Of a stretch of 64,000 nucleotides of DNA, positions 62,881 to 64,000 are shown piece after piece (the first letter of the stretch is position 1; each line of letters opens with the position of its first letter). Below the pieces are notes generated by a model, which had not been told where the DNA came from, searched no databases, and saw nothing but the letters and a program-made list of their open reading frames with translations. The stretch is from Chrysemys picta bellii (lineage: Eukaryota): NCBI RefSeq assembly GCF_011386835.1, contig NC_088798.1, positions 37,510,001 to 37,574,000 on the forward strand, written 5' to 3'. Position numbers and translations under genes: made by a program.

Positions 62881-64000
62881 AACCACTGATGTTGCCAGAG
62901 GAGAGTGAAAGAGAGTCACTCTGTGCATGGATTGTGGGATGGATGGCCCAGATCCCTGTGCGTTCCTACCCCTTCACTCCACTTTTATACCCATGCTGCA
63001 GCCTCCTAGACTGTGGAGTTTTGCTCTTATCCATGTGTTTTTTCACAACAGGGGAGCATATGGGCCACTATTTTTTTTTTTTTTTAAAGAGTGTCTCCTG
63101 GAGAGAATGGCTTAGTATAATGTACAAACATATTGCTGTTCAGAACATTCTGTGCCAAGGTGTTACCAGAAAAGTTCTCAGAAGCGGAAGAACATTTTAC
63201 CACCACTCCCCTATAAAAAGACTCCAAATTGGGGCTTTTAAAATGGAAGTGATCTTAATAAATAAGAACCAAGAGAACACAAATGACAGAAGCATGATCA
63301 CCATTATTGTTGTAGATTAAAAACAAGTTGGCAGATGCCACAGGGAGGAAAAAAAAGTGATATGGCATATTGCAGTCTTTTATGACAGATGGTTCCAAAT
63401 AGATTAGTGAGGAGTGTGCTGCATTTCTAGGCTGTGGCTAACATTTCACATCCAGTCCACAGACATGTCTAAGATTGTTAGACTGGAGCAGTGTGGAGAC
63501 CCATTCTGCAGAACAATGGACATATAGTGGTAACTGGAAGAGCCTATTACAAAGGAAGAGAGATGGCGGGGGTGGTACACCCCAGGGGAAGAGAGAAGTG
63601 GTAGAGGCCTTGTTGTCTCAGAATTAATGTGAATTGAGTATTTTAGGAGATTAATCTATAAATCTTGCACTCTTCATGAGCCCTTATCCCCTGCTTGAAG
63701 TGCTACCACTAAGCTGACAGGAATACACAGACTCTTACTAATATAACATTACAGCCAGGCAGATGAAAGGGGCTAATATGGGAAACATTTGCTATATGAT
63801 TTTAGAGGGGAAGCAATCTTGTCCTCCATATAAACAGAAATAAAAATATCACTGCTTTTAGCAACAATGTCAGTCTTTGCTATCAATGCACGGGGACACA
63901 TTAAATAAATGACATTCATCGGGCCAGCCATGTGACAGATCATGTGACTTCATAACTGTGTCATTTGGATTCACTATGCATCTGCAAATGCCTGAGAGTA

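Noticed and set aside
1-64000. CRISPR arrays, rRNA or tRNA genes, bacterial operons
   Set aside because: There are no regularly spaced repeat-spacer arrays or structured RNA genes. tRNA-like motifs occur only within SINE-type repeats and the PBS, and the sequence is vertebrate.

Overview
Vertebrate genomic DNA, AT-rich and repeat-dense. It is most likely from a turtle, judged from the CR1 3' end and the repeat families present (inference, no database search). There is no prokaryotic system, CRISPR array or intact long host ORF. The dominant structure is a 5'-truncated RTE (BovB-like) LINE at about 22.3-28.8 kb. It is split by a complete but decayed Ty3/Gypsy LTR retrotransposon (23433-27964: ~208-bp LTRs, 5-bp TSD CCAGC, tRNA-Ser-like PBS, PPT, gag-PR-RT-RNaseH-IN). 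The rest holds many non-autonomous DNA transposons (hAT-type with 8-bp TSDs, Harbinger-type with TTA TSD, a Tc1/pogo-type with TA TSD), two solo LTRs, L2/CR1/MIR-like remnants, a Penelope-type hairpin and microsatellites. Several elements are nested. Two nearby inverted MITE copies share an 80-bp perfectly identical tract, suggesting gene conversion. Several splice-bounded candidate exons occur on both strands, but I could not identify the host gene. Almost all short ORFs in the track are spurious. I did not find a clearly new biological system; the findings are mainly transposon biology and candidate regulatory or exonic signals.
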